Source: Candidatus Borrarchaeum weybense (lineage in GTDB: Archaea > Asgardarchaeota > Sifarchaeia > Borrarchaeales > Borrarchaeaceae). Taken from it: DNA of 19,039 nucleotides. Below the pieces are notes generated by a model. It was not told the DNA's origin. It saw only the letters and a program-made list of their open reading frames with translations, and made no database searches. This document shows positions 1-8,979 of this stretch, piece after piece; within the stretch, counting starts at the first letter, position 1, and each line of letters starts with the position of its first letter. Both the position numbers and the translations under genes were made by a program. The stretch covers positions 662,508-681,546 of the forward strand of contig JAHQJS010000004.1 of assembly GCA_019057385.1 (NCBI GenBank), written 5' to 3'.

Positions 1-143
1 CAAATGTAGTTCACCGAAGTTAGTCTTTTTTTGAGTTGTAGAGTTAGGTAAATTAGGTAAATTTTTAAAGTACTTGGCAATAAATCAGTTAGAATCGTAC
101 ACCAAAGAGAACTATTTATAGGGATCTGGGGGTAGTTTATCAC

Positions 144-797
144 TTGACATACAATCCAAACGCAGATTATTCTACTAGCGAAAGAAAAGCATTAGATATA
201 ATAAATGATCAAATGAGAGAAGTAGTTCTAGCAGTAAAAGAACTACGCGGACTTATAGAAGCTTGGGCAGTGGGTAATACATCAGAAATGGATGAAACTT
301 ACAAGAACTTAAATCAACTAGAGACGTCTGCTGACGAAATTAGGATTTCGTTACTTAGTGAAGTTTCCAGAGCAGGACCAGGCCTTTTATTGAAGGAAGA
401 CATACTTCGTTTTTTAGTCATAGATAAAATAGTGGATACCGCAGTTGGTGGGGCATTCTATATATCCACCTTAAAGGATTGGCAGATTCCATCAGAGCTT
501 TCAGAAAAAATCCTAGATTTAGTAGATATTTGCATTGCAGCGGTAACACATTTGAAATCCGCCATTTATAATGTCATTTCGAACCCAGAAAACGCACTAA
601 ACTTCGCCAGAGAAATTGATATCCTAGAGAAACAAATTGATAAACTCTATAGACCCTTAATAGTTCAGATTACTGAACTAAATGATGATTTATGTATAAT
701 TATGGCTCTAAGAGAGCTCGTTCTTAGAATTGATGAAATCGCAGATATTGGATTAGAAATAGCGGATGCTGTAAGAATGCTAGCCCTCACACGTTAA
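144..797 (+). CDS. PhoU-like / DUF47 (Pit accessory) family protein
   Basis: 217-aa ORF, all-helical. It has the DUF47-like pattern of repeated helical segments (REVVLAVKELRGLIEAW..., ADEIRISLLSEV, LLLKEDILRFLVIDKIVDTA, ALNFAREIDILEKQIDKLYRPLI, LRELVLRIDEIADIGLEIADAVRMLA). TTG start at 144 follows a G-rich stretch. Confidence 0.75.
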   Translation: MTYNPNADYSTSERKALDIINDQMREVVLAVKELRGLIEAWAVGNTSEMDETYKNLNQLETSADEIRISLLSEVSRAGPGLLLKEDILRFLVIDKIVDTAVGGAFYISTLKDWQIPSELSEKILDLVDICIAAVTHLKSAIYNVISNPENALNFAREIDILEKQIDKLYRPLIVQITELNDDLCIIMALRELVLRIDEIADIGLEIADAVRMLALTR

Positions 798-921
798 AAA
801 ATGAGTGTATCTTTGCAGAATTATAAAGAATTTCGCTTTATGTCTAGCATTTCTTGTATTTTGTTAAGCGAACTATTTTAAACTAGATAAGAACAAAATC
901 ACATTTTTAGAGGCGTTTAAA

Positions 922-1548
922 ATGAATGAATCCGAGAATCAAATTGACATTCAAAAAGAAGAAGAAGGAGAAGAAGAAGAAGAAGAAGTTATAACAGAAG
1001 AGGATCTTGAAGCTGAATTACTTGAAGATAGAATAATTGTTTGGAATCCAAAAGTTGGTTCTTGGTTGTACAAGCATGGATATTATGGAAAGCCGGTTGG
1101 AATACGAAAGCCGAAGCATTTCAATTTTACACGACCTCTTGAGTTGTCCTTGCTCGAATCTACTTATCTTTTGTCAATAAATAAATTAAGAATCAAGAGG
1201 GCAATTTCCAACAAACCAATATCATATGAAGAGTTAAAAAGAATTGGTGAACTGCATTACGATCGATTTACTGAGAAATTTCTAGTTTATACTGATCTCA
1301 GGAAGAAAGGTTATGTTGTGCGACCCGGGCTTAAATTCGGTGCAGATTTTGCAATTTACGAACATGGCCCAGGCATTGACCATTCTCCACTTATTGTCCA
1401 TGTTTTGTCAAGAGGTGTTGAACTTTCTCCCATTGAACTTGTTCGAGCAGGTCGTCTTGCCACAACAGTTAGGAAAAAATTTACCATTGCAACAGTCCCG
1501 CCCGACGGTACGCCTAGATACTTTATGTTTTCATGGTTCAAGCCTTGA
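922..1548 (+). CDS. endA: tRNA-intron endonuclease (tRNA splicing endonuclease, EndA family)
   Basis: Motif YEELKRIG...KFLVYTDLRKKGYVVRPGLKFGADFAIYEHGPGIDHSPLIVHV...ELVRAGRLATTVRKKFTIATV matches the catalytic domain, with the Tyr, His and Lys triad (DFAIY / DHSP / VRKKF). N-terminal acidic tail is rich in Glu. Confidence 0.93.
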   Translation: MNESENQIDIQKEEEGEEEEEEVITEEDLEAELLEDRIIVWNPKVGSWLYKHGYYGKPVGIRKPKHFNFTRPLELSLLESTYLLSINKLRIKRAISNKPISYEELKRIGELHYDRFTEKFLVYTDLRKKGYVVRPGLKFGADFAIYEHGPGIDHSPLIVHVLSRGVELSPIELVRAGRLATTVRKKFTIATVPPDGTPRYFMFSWFKP

Positions 1549-1850
1549 TGTCAATGTTAATTGTTTTTGAGAAATGATCTAATCGTGAGTGCAATATTTT
1601 ATTTACATGCGGTGAAAAATACCATAAGTGTATTAATTTGCAAATCATATTGGTTCCTGACTGATCCACACACATATAAGATATGTTTACTGTGGTGAAA
1701 AACATCACAAAAGAAATATAATTTGGTAATGATAATTTCTCTTTAGCAAATTCCATTAATTAATAAACGAGTTTATTAGGTTTATATTGCCACTTGGAAT
1801 TGCATATGAAACTAATGCGTGTTTAATTATATTCGGCGAGGTTTGAAAAA

Positions 1851-2312
1851 ATGGGTGAATACATAGACGATTTATTTAGTGAGATTCAGACTAGCCCCTC
1901 AAAGATGGAAGAGGTGGTTCAGGCAATTAATACCATTCTTGAGAATTTCATTAACGTTGTGTTCAAGGCTGTTGAGAGTCTTAGTAATGAAGTTGCAGGA
2001 ATTAAATCAGAATTTAGACAATCGCTCAATAATCTGAACACTAAAATGCAATCAATAGAAGGCAGGATGTCGTTAATGAGAACAGCAGGTCCAGCAGCAC
2101 CAATGGGACCAACATCAACTGGTTTACCACCACCTACGACACCAGGTCCTTCAGAGCCTTTTCTCACTCCCCCTCCTACGGCAGCAGGTCCTGGAGGACC
2201 TGGAGGACCAGAATCCCCACCACCGGTAACTGGAGCTACACTACGCATGCAACTCAACTCAGAGTTAAAAAAAGCCTTTTCAAGAATAAAAGGCGGCGGC
2301 GCAGAGGAATAG
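1851..2312 (+). CDS. small coiled-coil protein with proline-rich linker and conserved-looking C-terminal amphipathic segment; function unknown
   Basis: 153-aa ORF. N-terminal heptad-like region (MEEVVQAINTILENFINVVFKAVESLSNEVAGIKSEFRQSLNNLNTKMQSIEGRM), Pro/Gly-rich middle (GLPPPTTPGPSEPFLTPPPTAAGPGGPGGPESPPPVTG), C-terminal TLRMQLNSELKKAFSRIKGG. Confidence 0.75.
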   Translation: MGEYIDDLFSEIQTSPSKMEEVVQAINTILENFINVVFKAVESLSNEVAGIKSEFRQSLNNLNTKMQSIEGRMSLMRTAGPAAPMGPTSTGLPPPTTPGPSEPFLTPPPTAAGPGGPGGPESPPPVTGATLRMQLNSELKKAFSRIKGGGAEE

Positions 2313-2327
2313 AATTCCTTTATGAGA

Positions 2328-2957
2328 TCAATTTTCTTTTTTCAATTTCTTAAGTGCAATTTCTACATATGTTGTATCGATACGATCTTTTTCCGAAAAT
2401 CCAAGCCGTTTTGCATAATTCATCAGATCCTTTTCGAGTTCAATAACACTAATATCTTCAGGTAGTTCACTTTCTAAACTAACCTGTAAGAATGATCCCA
2501 TAGGGATTTCTTTGTCTTCATGTAATAATGTTACTTTCTCATCGAACTCAATTTCAATTTCACTTTCAGCAATTCTATATCGTGTTCGCACTTTACGAAA
2601 TGCTACCAGAACTTCATATCCTAATTTTTCTAAAATGGTACGTAAATCTTCTGCTTGATCTACAGGAATATCTATCGAATGATCCTCGCGTAAGTCAGTT
2701 TCTCTAGTTGGTCTAGATCCTTTCCAAGTCCATTGGCAGTAACTTAATTCCTGTAATGGTGTATATTCTAATCTAATTCTTAGCCGTTCATCGTTTGTGT
2801 ACAGTTTTCTTTGTCCGACAACATCGTAGTAATAATCAAATTGTATTACATCTTTTGTTTGCTCAAAACCAAATTTATGAAGTTGTCCCTTTATTTCCTT
2901 AATTTTTCCGTTAGCAGCAAGCTTAATCTCGAATTCTTTGAAAGTCATTTTAATCAC
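2328..2957 (-). CDS. CYTH domain protein (class IV adenylate cyclase / CyaB-like, triphosphate tunnel family)
   Basis: 209-aa ORF with N-terminal ExExK signature (KEFEIKLA), RLRIRLEY, WTWKGSR, and acidic/basic alternating beta strands (RKVRTRYRIAESEIEIEFDEKV). Confidence 0.85.
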   Translation of the reverse strand: MIKMTFKEFEIKLAANGKIKEIKGQLHKFGFEQTKDVIQFDYYYDVVGQRKLYTNDERLRIRLEYTPLQELSYCQWTWKGSRPTRETDLREDHSIDIPVDQAEDLRTILEKLGYEVLVAFRKVRTRYRIAESEIEIEFDEKVTLLHEDKEIPMGSFLQVSLESELPEDISVIELEKDLMNYAKRLGFSEKDRIDTTYVEIALKKLKKEN

Positions 2958-3127
2958 TTTGTCAAATAATATTGCAGTTTTTCAACTGATTTTTCTAGTA
3001 TCAAGGTTCTGAAATCAGGATTTCTTTTTTAATGGAGAACGATGACGATATATCTAATAAATATGTATTAAGCACAAGTCTGTATTTGTTTTAAGATGCT
3101 AACCAAAGGATTATTTGGAGGTTTTAT

Positions 3128-4033
3128 ATGTCTAAAAGAAAGGTTCATCGAGTTTCCATAAATGATGTAGTATTTGCTACGGATAAAAATAATCCACCTG
3201 TGCTACATATTTCATCGGGAGACACAGTCATCTTTGAGTGCAAGGACGCATTTAATCAAGGAATACAAAGTTCCACCGATTTACCGACAGATTTGGACTT
3301 CGAAAGGGTAAATCCTGCAACGGGTCCCGTTTATATTGAAGGAGCAGAACCTGGTGACACGTTAGAGGTGCATATAGAGAAAATCGAGATGGCGGCTCAA
3401 GGAGCCTGTTGCATAGTTCCTGGCTTTGGTTTTCTTGCTCCAGAATTTCCTGATGCATGGACAAAGATAATTCCTATTAAAAACGGTTATGCTGAGTTTG
3501 GCAAAGGAATACGAATCCCGATTGATCCCTTTCCAGGAACCTTAGTAGTAGCCCCTCCTGGTGAAGGCGAAGGTACGTTGGTTCCTAAAGATCATGGAGG
3601 AAACATGGATACGAAAGCGATTAAAGAAGGAACTGTGCTTTACTTACCTGTTTTCGTTCCTGGGGCGCTATTCGGAGTTGGGGATGTACATGCCGTACAA
3701 GGAGACGGTGAGATATGTGGTACTGCAGTGGAGGTCGATGCCGAAGTCACGATTAGACTTCTAGTGAACAAACAAAAGAAGATCACACGACCACAAATTG
3801 AGACACCTGACTTCTTTATGACTACTGCTTATGCTGAAACGACAGATGAAGCAGTGAAGATAGCTCTGCGTGATATGATAGACTGGCTTGAAGCAGAAAA
3901 AGGACTTACACGGCAGGAGGCTTATGCACTCTGTAGCTGTGCCGTTGATATGCGGATATCGCAATTGGTAGATATAACCCCTGGAGTTCGTGTAGTTCTT
4001 CCAAAAGTCATATTCATCGAATCAGAATCTTAG
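3128..4033 (+). CDS. acetamidase/formamidase family protein
   Basis: 301-aa ORF with SSGDTVIFECKDAFNQGIQ, NPATGPVYIEGAEPGDTLEVHIEKIE, GDVHAVQGDGEICGTAVEVDAEVTIRL. RBS-like GGAGG about 8 nt upstream of the ATG. Confidence 0.92.
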   Translation: MSKRKVHRVSINDVVFATDKNNPPVLHISSGDTVIFECKDAFNQGIQSSTDLPTDLDFERVNPATGPVYIEGAEPGDTLEVHIEKIEMAAQGACCIVPGFGFLAPEFPDAWTKIIPIKNGYAEFGKGIRIPIDPFPGTLVVAPPGEGEGTLVPKDHGGNMDTKAIKEGTVLYLPVFVPGALFGVGDVHAVQGDGEICGTAVEVDAEVTIRLLVNKQKKITRPQIETPDFFMTTAYAETTDEAVKIALRDMIDWLEAEKGLTRQEAYALCSCAVDMRISQLVDITPGVRVVLPKVIFIESES

Positions 4034-4135
4034 TCGAAAATCCTCGGAGTTAATGAAAAACGACTACAAGAGTAAAGTGCTAGAAATACTAGATTCATTA
4101 TGTAAGAAGACCATTTTCATGAGAGGAGATTTTGC

Positions 4136-5161
4136 ATGGTGAATGTACAAAACCTACGTACATTGAGCCGAGTCGCATTAATTTTGCTGATGGCTGTACA
4201 TGTGGCTACATGGTATCTTTGGGGTATCCATGCTGTGGGTAGCATCGGAATCGAGGCGCTCTTTTCCGGTCTCTCTCGGGGAGTATTCAATGCAGGGTTT
4301 GTTTTCTGGATATTGGTTCTCGTCTCAGCGGTAATCCTTGGGAGGACCTTTTGCGGATGGTTCTGCTGGTTTGGTGGCTATCTGGAATTGGTCGAGTGGG
4401 GGATAGGCAGTCTAAAGATTAAAATTCCGCGCCGGATGCTACTGTATCTAGGAGTTATACCATTTGTTAGCTTGGCGCTGAAAGTGTACAACTCATTGAT
4501 AGTAAACTGGATTCAGGGGTTCCCAACTACGTTCACATTCCAGCTAGCTGATGTTGAGCCTTGGGGTGGACAGCAGACCGGTATTTCTATCCTGATAACA
4601 TTGATCATGTTTGGACCGGTACTCTTCTTTGCTTTTGGTCGAAGGGCTTGGTGCCGCTACCTGTGCCCTATTGGCGCCCTGCTTAAGATTTTCGGCATCG
4701 TGGGCTTGTGTAAGGTACGGTTGGTAAACGATAATTGCAATGGTTGCGGAACCTGCAACCGCACTTGTGATATGCAGGTAGATGTTTTAGGCGAACTCAA
4801 AACTCACGGTGAGGTGCTCAGTTCAAACTGCATCCGCTGTCTCAAATGCACCAACGAATGCCCCACAGGAGCGATTGGCTTTAATTTTAACCGAAAAGAA
4901 ACATCCCTTTCGGATGACGCTTCATCCAAGGCCGAACGGATTTCTCTCAAGAGGAGGCGACTTTCTGCCTTTGATATAGCGATTACCTCGCTGTGGGCTA
5001 GCATAATGATGATCTTTTTCTTCCTTGGTTTTCAAAGCAGCTCACAGGAGATAAAGGTGCTCATGACACCAGGGCTGCTGTTAGTGACCTTTGGCTTAGT
5101 ATGGATAGTTCAAAAGGCTTGGAGTAGAAATAAGATAAGCGAGCCTACGCATTTCCAATAG
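4136..5161 (+). CDS. membrane 4Fe-4S binding protein (NapH/YccM-like polyferredoxin family)
   Basis: Multiple transmembrane segments, GRTFCGWFCWFGG and GRRAWCRYLCPIGALLKI motifs, plus two ferredoxin clusters CNGCGTCNRTCDM and CIRCLKCTNECPTGAI. Confidence 0.9.
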   Translation: MVNVQNLRTLSRVALILLMAVHVATWYLWGIHAVGSIGIEALFSGLSRGVFNAGFVFWILVLVSAVILGRTFCGWFCWFGGYLELVEWGIGSLKIKIPRRMLLYLGVIPFVSLALKVYNSLIVNWIQGFPTTFTFQLADVEPWGGQQTGISILITLIMFGPVLFFAFGRRAWCRYLCPIGALLKIFGIVGLCKVRLVNDNCNGCGTCNRTCDMQVDVLGELKTHGEVLSSNCIRCLKCTNECPTGAIGFNFNRKETSLSDDASSKAERISLKRRRLSAFDIAITSLWASIMMIFFFLGFQSSSQEIKVLMTPGLLLVTFGLVWIVQKAWSRNKISEPTHFQ

Positions 5162-5183
5162 TCAGAATGCTGAAGCCTTCCCT

Positions 5184-5906
5184 TTAGAGTGGGGTAATTG
5201 CAATAACCCGTGCTGGTGCTGCATCTCTTCCCTTTATTTTTAATGGAAGTGCTATTAGGAGAACCCTCTCTCCTGTAATTTTTTCGAGGTTTGAGGAGAG
5301 AGTTTCAATAAGCGGTATGTTATTACTTAGCAGTGTTTTATGTGTCTCGGGTGCATCTGCTTTGTATTTTTCTACACTTAGACAATCAATCCCTACAATT
5401 GAGACCTTTTTTTCGACTAACCATTGTGCAGCACGAGGATCAATATAAGTGAAATTTCTTAAAATTTTTTCGTTTCCCCAGTGTTTGCTAGTTCCAGTAT
5501 AGAGTAAAACTCCATTTCCTTCACTAATCTTGTCTGAGAATTTTTCAAGGTCATCAACTGTAATCGCAGAACCCATTTCTTTGTAGGAAAGATCTAGGAC
5601 TATTGCTTCTGTCACTAACTTCCTGAAGTCAAGCGCATCAATGGGTTCCCCTCCTTTGATAAAATGAAGTGGTGCATCCATATGTGTGCCTGTATGGGTT
5701 CCTAGCTGCATCTGAGTGACAAGAACGCCATGTTCCTCTAAAGTTCGAATTGCTTTAAAGTCAGGAGTAGGATCACCAGGATAAATTGGCATACCATTTT
5801 CAAGAGATACTGAAAGATCAATTATTTCTTTGATTTTCATGTGTAGTCTACCCCTAAGCACCCCAGAGCGGGGCGGGCTGTAAATGTTGATGTAACTTTC
5901 ACTCAA
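5184..5906 (-). CDS. cyclase family protein (kynurenine formamidase-like metal-dependent hydrolase)
   Basis: 240-aa ORF with IIDLSVSLENGMPIYPGDPTP and the hallmark GTHTGTHMDAPLHF; C-terminal LLIALPLKIKGRDAAPARVIAI. Confidence 0.9.
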   Translation of the reverse strand: MSESYINIYSPPRSGVLRGRLHMKIKEIIDLSVSLENGMPIYPGDPTPDFKAIRTLEEHGVLVTQMQLGTHTGTHMDAPLHFIKGGEPIDALDFRKLVTEAIVLDLSYKEMGSAITVDDLEKFSDKISEGNGVLLYTGTSKHWGNEKILRNFTYIDPRAAQWLVEKKVSIVGIDCLSVEKYKADAPETHKTLLSNNIPLIETLSSNLEKITGERVLLIALPLKIKGRDAAPARVIAITPL

Positions 5907-6777
5907 GCTGTAAATTTTTGATGAATTCAGAAATCTTTTGTCGTTGTTCTTCAGATAATGGGCTTAGAGGGGGTCTCGGATCTCCCATATCTATACCTAA
6001 CGCTTCCGTGACTAATTGCTTTAAGCCTGCAGGAAACACGCCAATGAAAACGTATCCAATGATTGCAGATAAAGCTACTTGAATTTCGTTAGCTATTTCA
6101 TATTTGCCTGCTCTAGCTAAAACATAAAGTTCAACAACCTTTTTTGGTATGACCATTGAGGTTCCCAAAACACCTCCAACTGCACCATGCATCATTGATG
6201 CTAAAAATATCGTATCAATACCCGGAAAAACAACAAAGTCGCGTGGTGTTTCTCTTATGTATATAATTACCTGATTTAAAACCCCAGATGAATCTTTAAT
6301 TCCAGCAAGTGTCCCCTCTTCCGCCAGTTTTGAAACTATATGGACTGGCATCGTGCTTCCAGTTGCAGACGGAATATTATAAGCTAATATTGGAATATCC
6401 GCCTTAGCAAGTTCTCGATAGTGCCACAATAATCCTTCTTCTGAAGGTTTGAGATACCAAGGGTTTGTTACCATAACACCATCTGCACCAATGTCTTTTG
6501 CGTGTTTAGTAAGCATCAATGTTTCGTTCGTGCTTGGTGCTGCTGTTCCAACAATTAGCTTAGTTCTTCCATTTATATGATCTGCGACGCCTTCTGCGAT
6601 TTTCATTCTTTCATCAGTTGTAAACATAGGAAATTCACCAGCTGTCCCCATCGGAACAACACCATGAAGTCCGCCTTCTATTAACTTGTCTAATAATGCA
6701 CGGAATGCTTCCCAGTTAACTTCATAGTTGGGTAACAATGGTGTAACTAGCGGTGCGAATACGCCCTCAAAGCTCAA
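5899..6777 (-). CDS. dihydrodipicolinate synthase / N-acetylneuraminate lyase / KDG aldolase family protein
   Basis: 292-aa ORF with GVFAPLVTPL, GVVPMGTAGEFPMFTTDER, VTNPWYLKPS..., YNIPSATGSTM, LAGIKDSSG (Schiff-base Lys context). 8-nt overlap with the downstream cyclase gene. Confidence 0.9.
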   Translation of the reverse strand: MSFEGVFAPLVTPLLPNYEVNWEAFRALLDKLIEGGLHGVVPMGTAGEFPMFTTDERMKIAEGVADHINGRTKLIVGTAAPSTNETLMLTKHAKDIGADGVMVTNPWYLKPSEEGLLWHYRELAKADIPILAYNIPSATGSTMPVHIVSKLAEEGTLAGIKDSSGVLNQVIIYIRETPRDFVVFPGIDTIFLASMMHGAVGGVLGTSMVIPKKVVELYVLARAGKYEIANEIQVALSAIIGYVFIGVFPAGLKQLVTEALGIDMGDPRPPLSPLSEEQRQKISEFIKNLQLE

Positions 6778-7010
6778 ATTTTATTTCCTCCTTTTGAAAA
6801 ACTCAATGGCTACAGTAAACATATCAATAATTTGTCTTGTTTATAGTACATATAGGGTAATGCGTTCATTCATCTGCAAACATTTCATGAATTTCTGATT
6901 TTAACTATAATTTCCTATTATTAAAAAGTTGAGAATCATTGATTCATTATCGATGTTTTACTTCAGTATTCATCAGTCTACAGTTGTATACAGCTCGTCT
7001 CAGAAGAGTT

Positions 7011-8744
7011 TTACAGCATCATACGCCCGCCTTTACTGGCTGAAGTTGCATGCTGTGTATAGAAAGCTAACATTCCCGTCATAAACTTTCTTGGTGGCGG
7101 TTTCCAAAACTGTTTTCTCTCAACTAATACTTTAGTGATTTCTTCTGATTTAAGAGTTTGATCTTTTACGCCTACCAACTCTAAACGTCTTTTAGGTATG
7201 TCGATTTCTATCAAGTCGCTATTTTCTAACAATGCGATTGTTCCTCCCTCTACAGCTTCGGGAGACACATGACCAACGACAGGTCCTCTTGAGGCTCCAC
7301 TAAAACGTCCGTCTGTAAGCAAAGCAACAGAGATGTTTAGTTTCGGATCAGAAGCGATAGCTTCTGTTGCATAAAATTGCTCTGGCATACCACTTCCCTT
7401 TGGCCCTTCATACCTGATGATTACTGCATCGCCACTTTCGATCTTTTCATCAAAAATTGCTTTTACAGCATCATCTTGTGAATCGAAAACCTTTGCTCTT
7501 CCAGTGAATTTATGCATAGAAGGATCAACTGCGGTAATTTTGACTACAGCACCATCTGGGGCAATATTCCCCTTTAATATCGCAATTGATCCAGTTTCTG
7601 AGAAAGGATTTGATTTAGTTCGAATTACTTCATCTCTTGAAACTTTGTAGTTCTCTAAATATGTCGCTATCTTCTCAAAGTAATTCTCTTTTTCGAGATT
7701 CTTTATGTTTTCTTCAACTGTTGAACCAGTAACAGTTAGTACATTAAGGTGAAGTTTATCGATTAATTGTTTCATGACGTATTGGGTGCCACCCGCGTAC
7801 CAAAAGAAACTACTTGGGTATCTTCCTGATGGTCGAATATTTGTTAGATATGGTATTCTTCTATTGATGAAATCAAAGTCATCATGAGTTATCTCGATAC
7901 CCCTTTCAGCAGCTAGCGCAATAATATGCAATAATGCATTAGTGGATCCAGCTATAGCAGCATGTACCATTATCGCATTTTCAAATGCTTCTTTAGTAAG
8001 TATTTTTCCTGCAGAAAGTCCTTGTTCAATCAGATACAAAACTTGTTTTCCAGCTTTACGTGCGAGCCTAGTTATCTCGAAACCGGTTGAAAGTGCCAAT
8101 GCACTTGTTGGGAGTGCCATCCCTAGTGCTTCACTCATTATCTGCATTGTACAGGCAGTTCCCATAAAGGCACATGCCCCAGGTGTAGGGCACCCGAATT
8201 TAGCCAAGAATTGATATTCTTCTGTACTTAACTTACCTCTTCGCCGCTGAGAGTCATATGTTGCTACCTGTTCCAATGTCATCCCGTGAGGGCCCCAATC
8301 TGCGGTACCACCAGGAACAAGAATGGTCGGTAAATCAAGTCGCGCTGCTGCCATCAAATGACCAGGGATTGATTTATCACAACTACTGATTAATGTCATT
8401 CCATCAAAATGCCCAGTCTTCGCATGCATCTCAACTGCAAATGAAATCAACTCGCGGCTGGGTAGACTGTAGCTCATGCCAGGAGTACCCTGTGAAATTC
8501 CATCGCAGGTATCCGTTATATAATACTTTGCAGGAGTGCCTCCAGCTGATACTATTCCATTGATTACTTCATCTCCGAGAAGTCCGAGCCGGACGCTTCC
8601 TGGATGACTTTGACCTTCAACGGAATCCACAAGAATCCACGGTTTTTTCAAATCATCTTCTGTCCATCCACAACCTAGACGAAGGCTGTCAATTTCTGAA
8701 GCCTTTCTGCGCATTTTTTGACTAGTTAAATTAGAAGTATTCAT
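7011..8744 (-). CDS. IlvD/Edd family dehydratase (dihydroxy-acid or sugar-acid dehydratase)
   Basis: 577-aa ORF with CDGISQGTPGMSYSLPSRELI, SSCDKSIPGHLMAAARLDLPTI, CPTPGACAFMGTACTMQIMSEALGMALPTSAL, LLTDGRFSGASRGPVVGHVSPEA. Confidence 0.93.
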   Translation of the reverse strand: MNTSNLTSQKMRRKASEIDSLRLGCGWTEDDLKKPWILVDSVEGQSHPGSVRLGLLGDEVINGIVSAGGTPAKYYITDTCDGISQGTPGMSYSLPSRELISFAVEMHAKTGHFDGMTLISSCDKSIPGHLMAAARLDLPTILVPGGTADWGPHGMTLEQVATYDSQRRRGKLSTEEYQFLAKFGCPTPGACAFMGTACTMQIMSEALGMALPTSALALSTGFEITRLARKAGKQVLYLIEQGLSAGKILTKEAFENAIMVHAAIAGSTNALLHIIALAAERGIEITHDDFDFINRRIPYLTNIRPSGRYPSSFFWYAGGTQYVMKQLIDKLHLNVLTVTGSTVEENIKNLEKENYFEKIATYLENYKVSRDEVIRTKSNPFSETGSIAILKGNIAPDGAVVKITAVDPSMHKFTGRAKVFDSQDDAVKAIFDEKIESGDAVIIRYEGPKGSGMPEQFYATEAIASDPKLNISVALLTDGRFSGASRGPVVGHVSPEAVEGGTIALLENSDLIEIDIPKRRLELVGVKDQTLKSEEITKVLVERKQFWKPPPRKFMTGMLAFYTQHATSASKGGRMML

Positions 8745-8979
8745 AAGATCACTTTACGTTATTGACTAGTATGAGAATTCTTAATAGTATGGTTTTCTTT
8801 ACATTAATTAACATTGTCCATTCTCCGTTGGTTTTGAAGAAAACAATTCCTTATTCACTTTTATGGCAAAGTTGGATGGATATTTTTAAACTGAAGGTGA
8901 GAATAAGCTAAGATGCAATCAATTAACCAATTGATACTCACTGCTAAAACCACGACATAACACATTTTTGGTGAACTTA

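Noticed and set aside
1313-1756. ORFs 1313-1570 (+), 1356-1541 (-) and 1538-1756 (-)
   Set aside because: The first two overlap the well-supported endonuclease gene in other frames, and the third is mostly AT-rich spacer. No family signature in any of them.
1919-2257. 112-aa minus-strand ORF antisense to the coiled-coil/polyproline protein
   Set aside because: Its Gly/Pro-rich composition is a mirror of the plus-strand proline codons. The plus-strand frame has sensible coiled-coil periodicity.
7417-8214. Plus-strand ORFs 7417-7650 and 7942-8214 inside the dehydratase gene
   Set aside because: Antisense shadows of a strongly conserved dehydratase.
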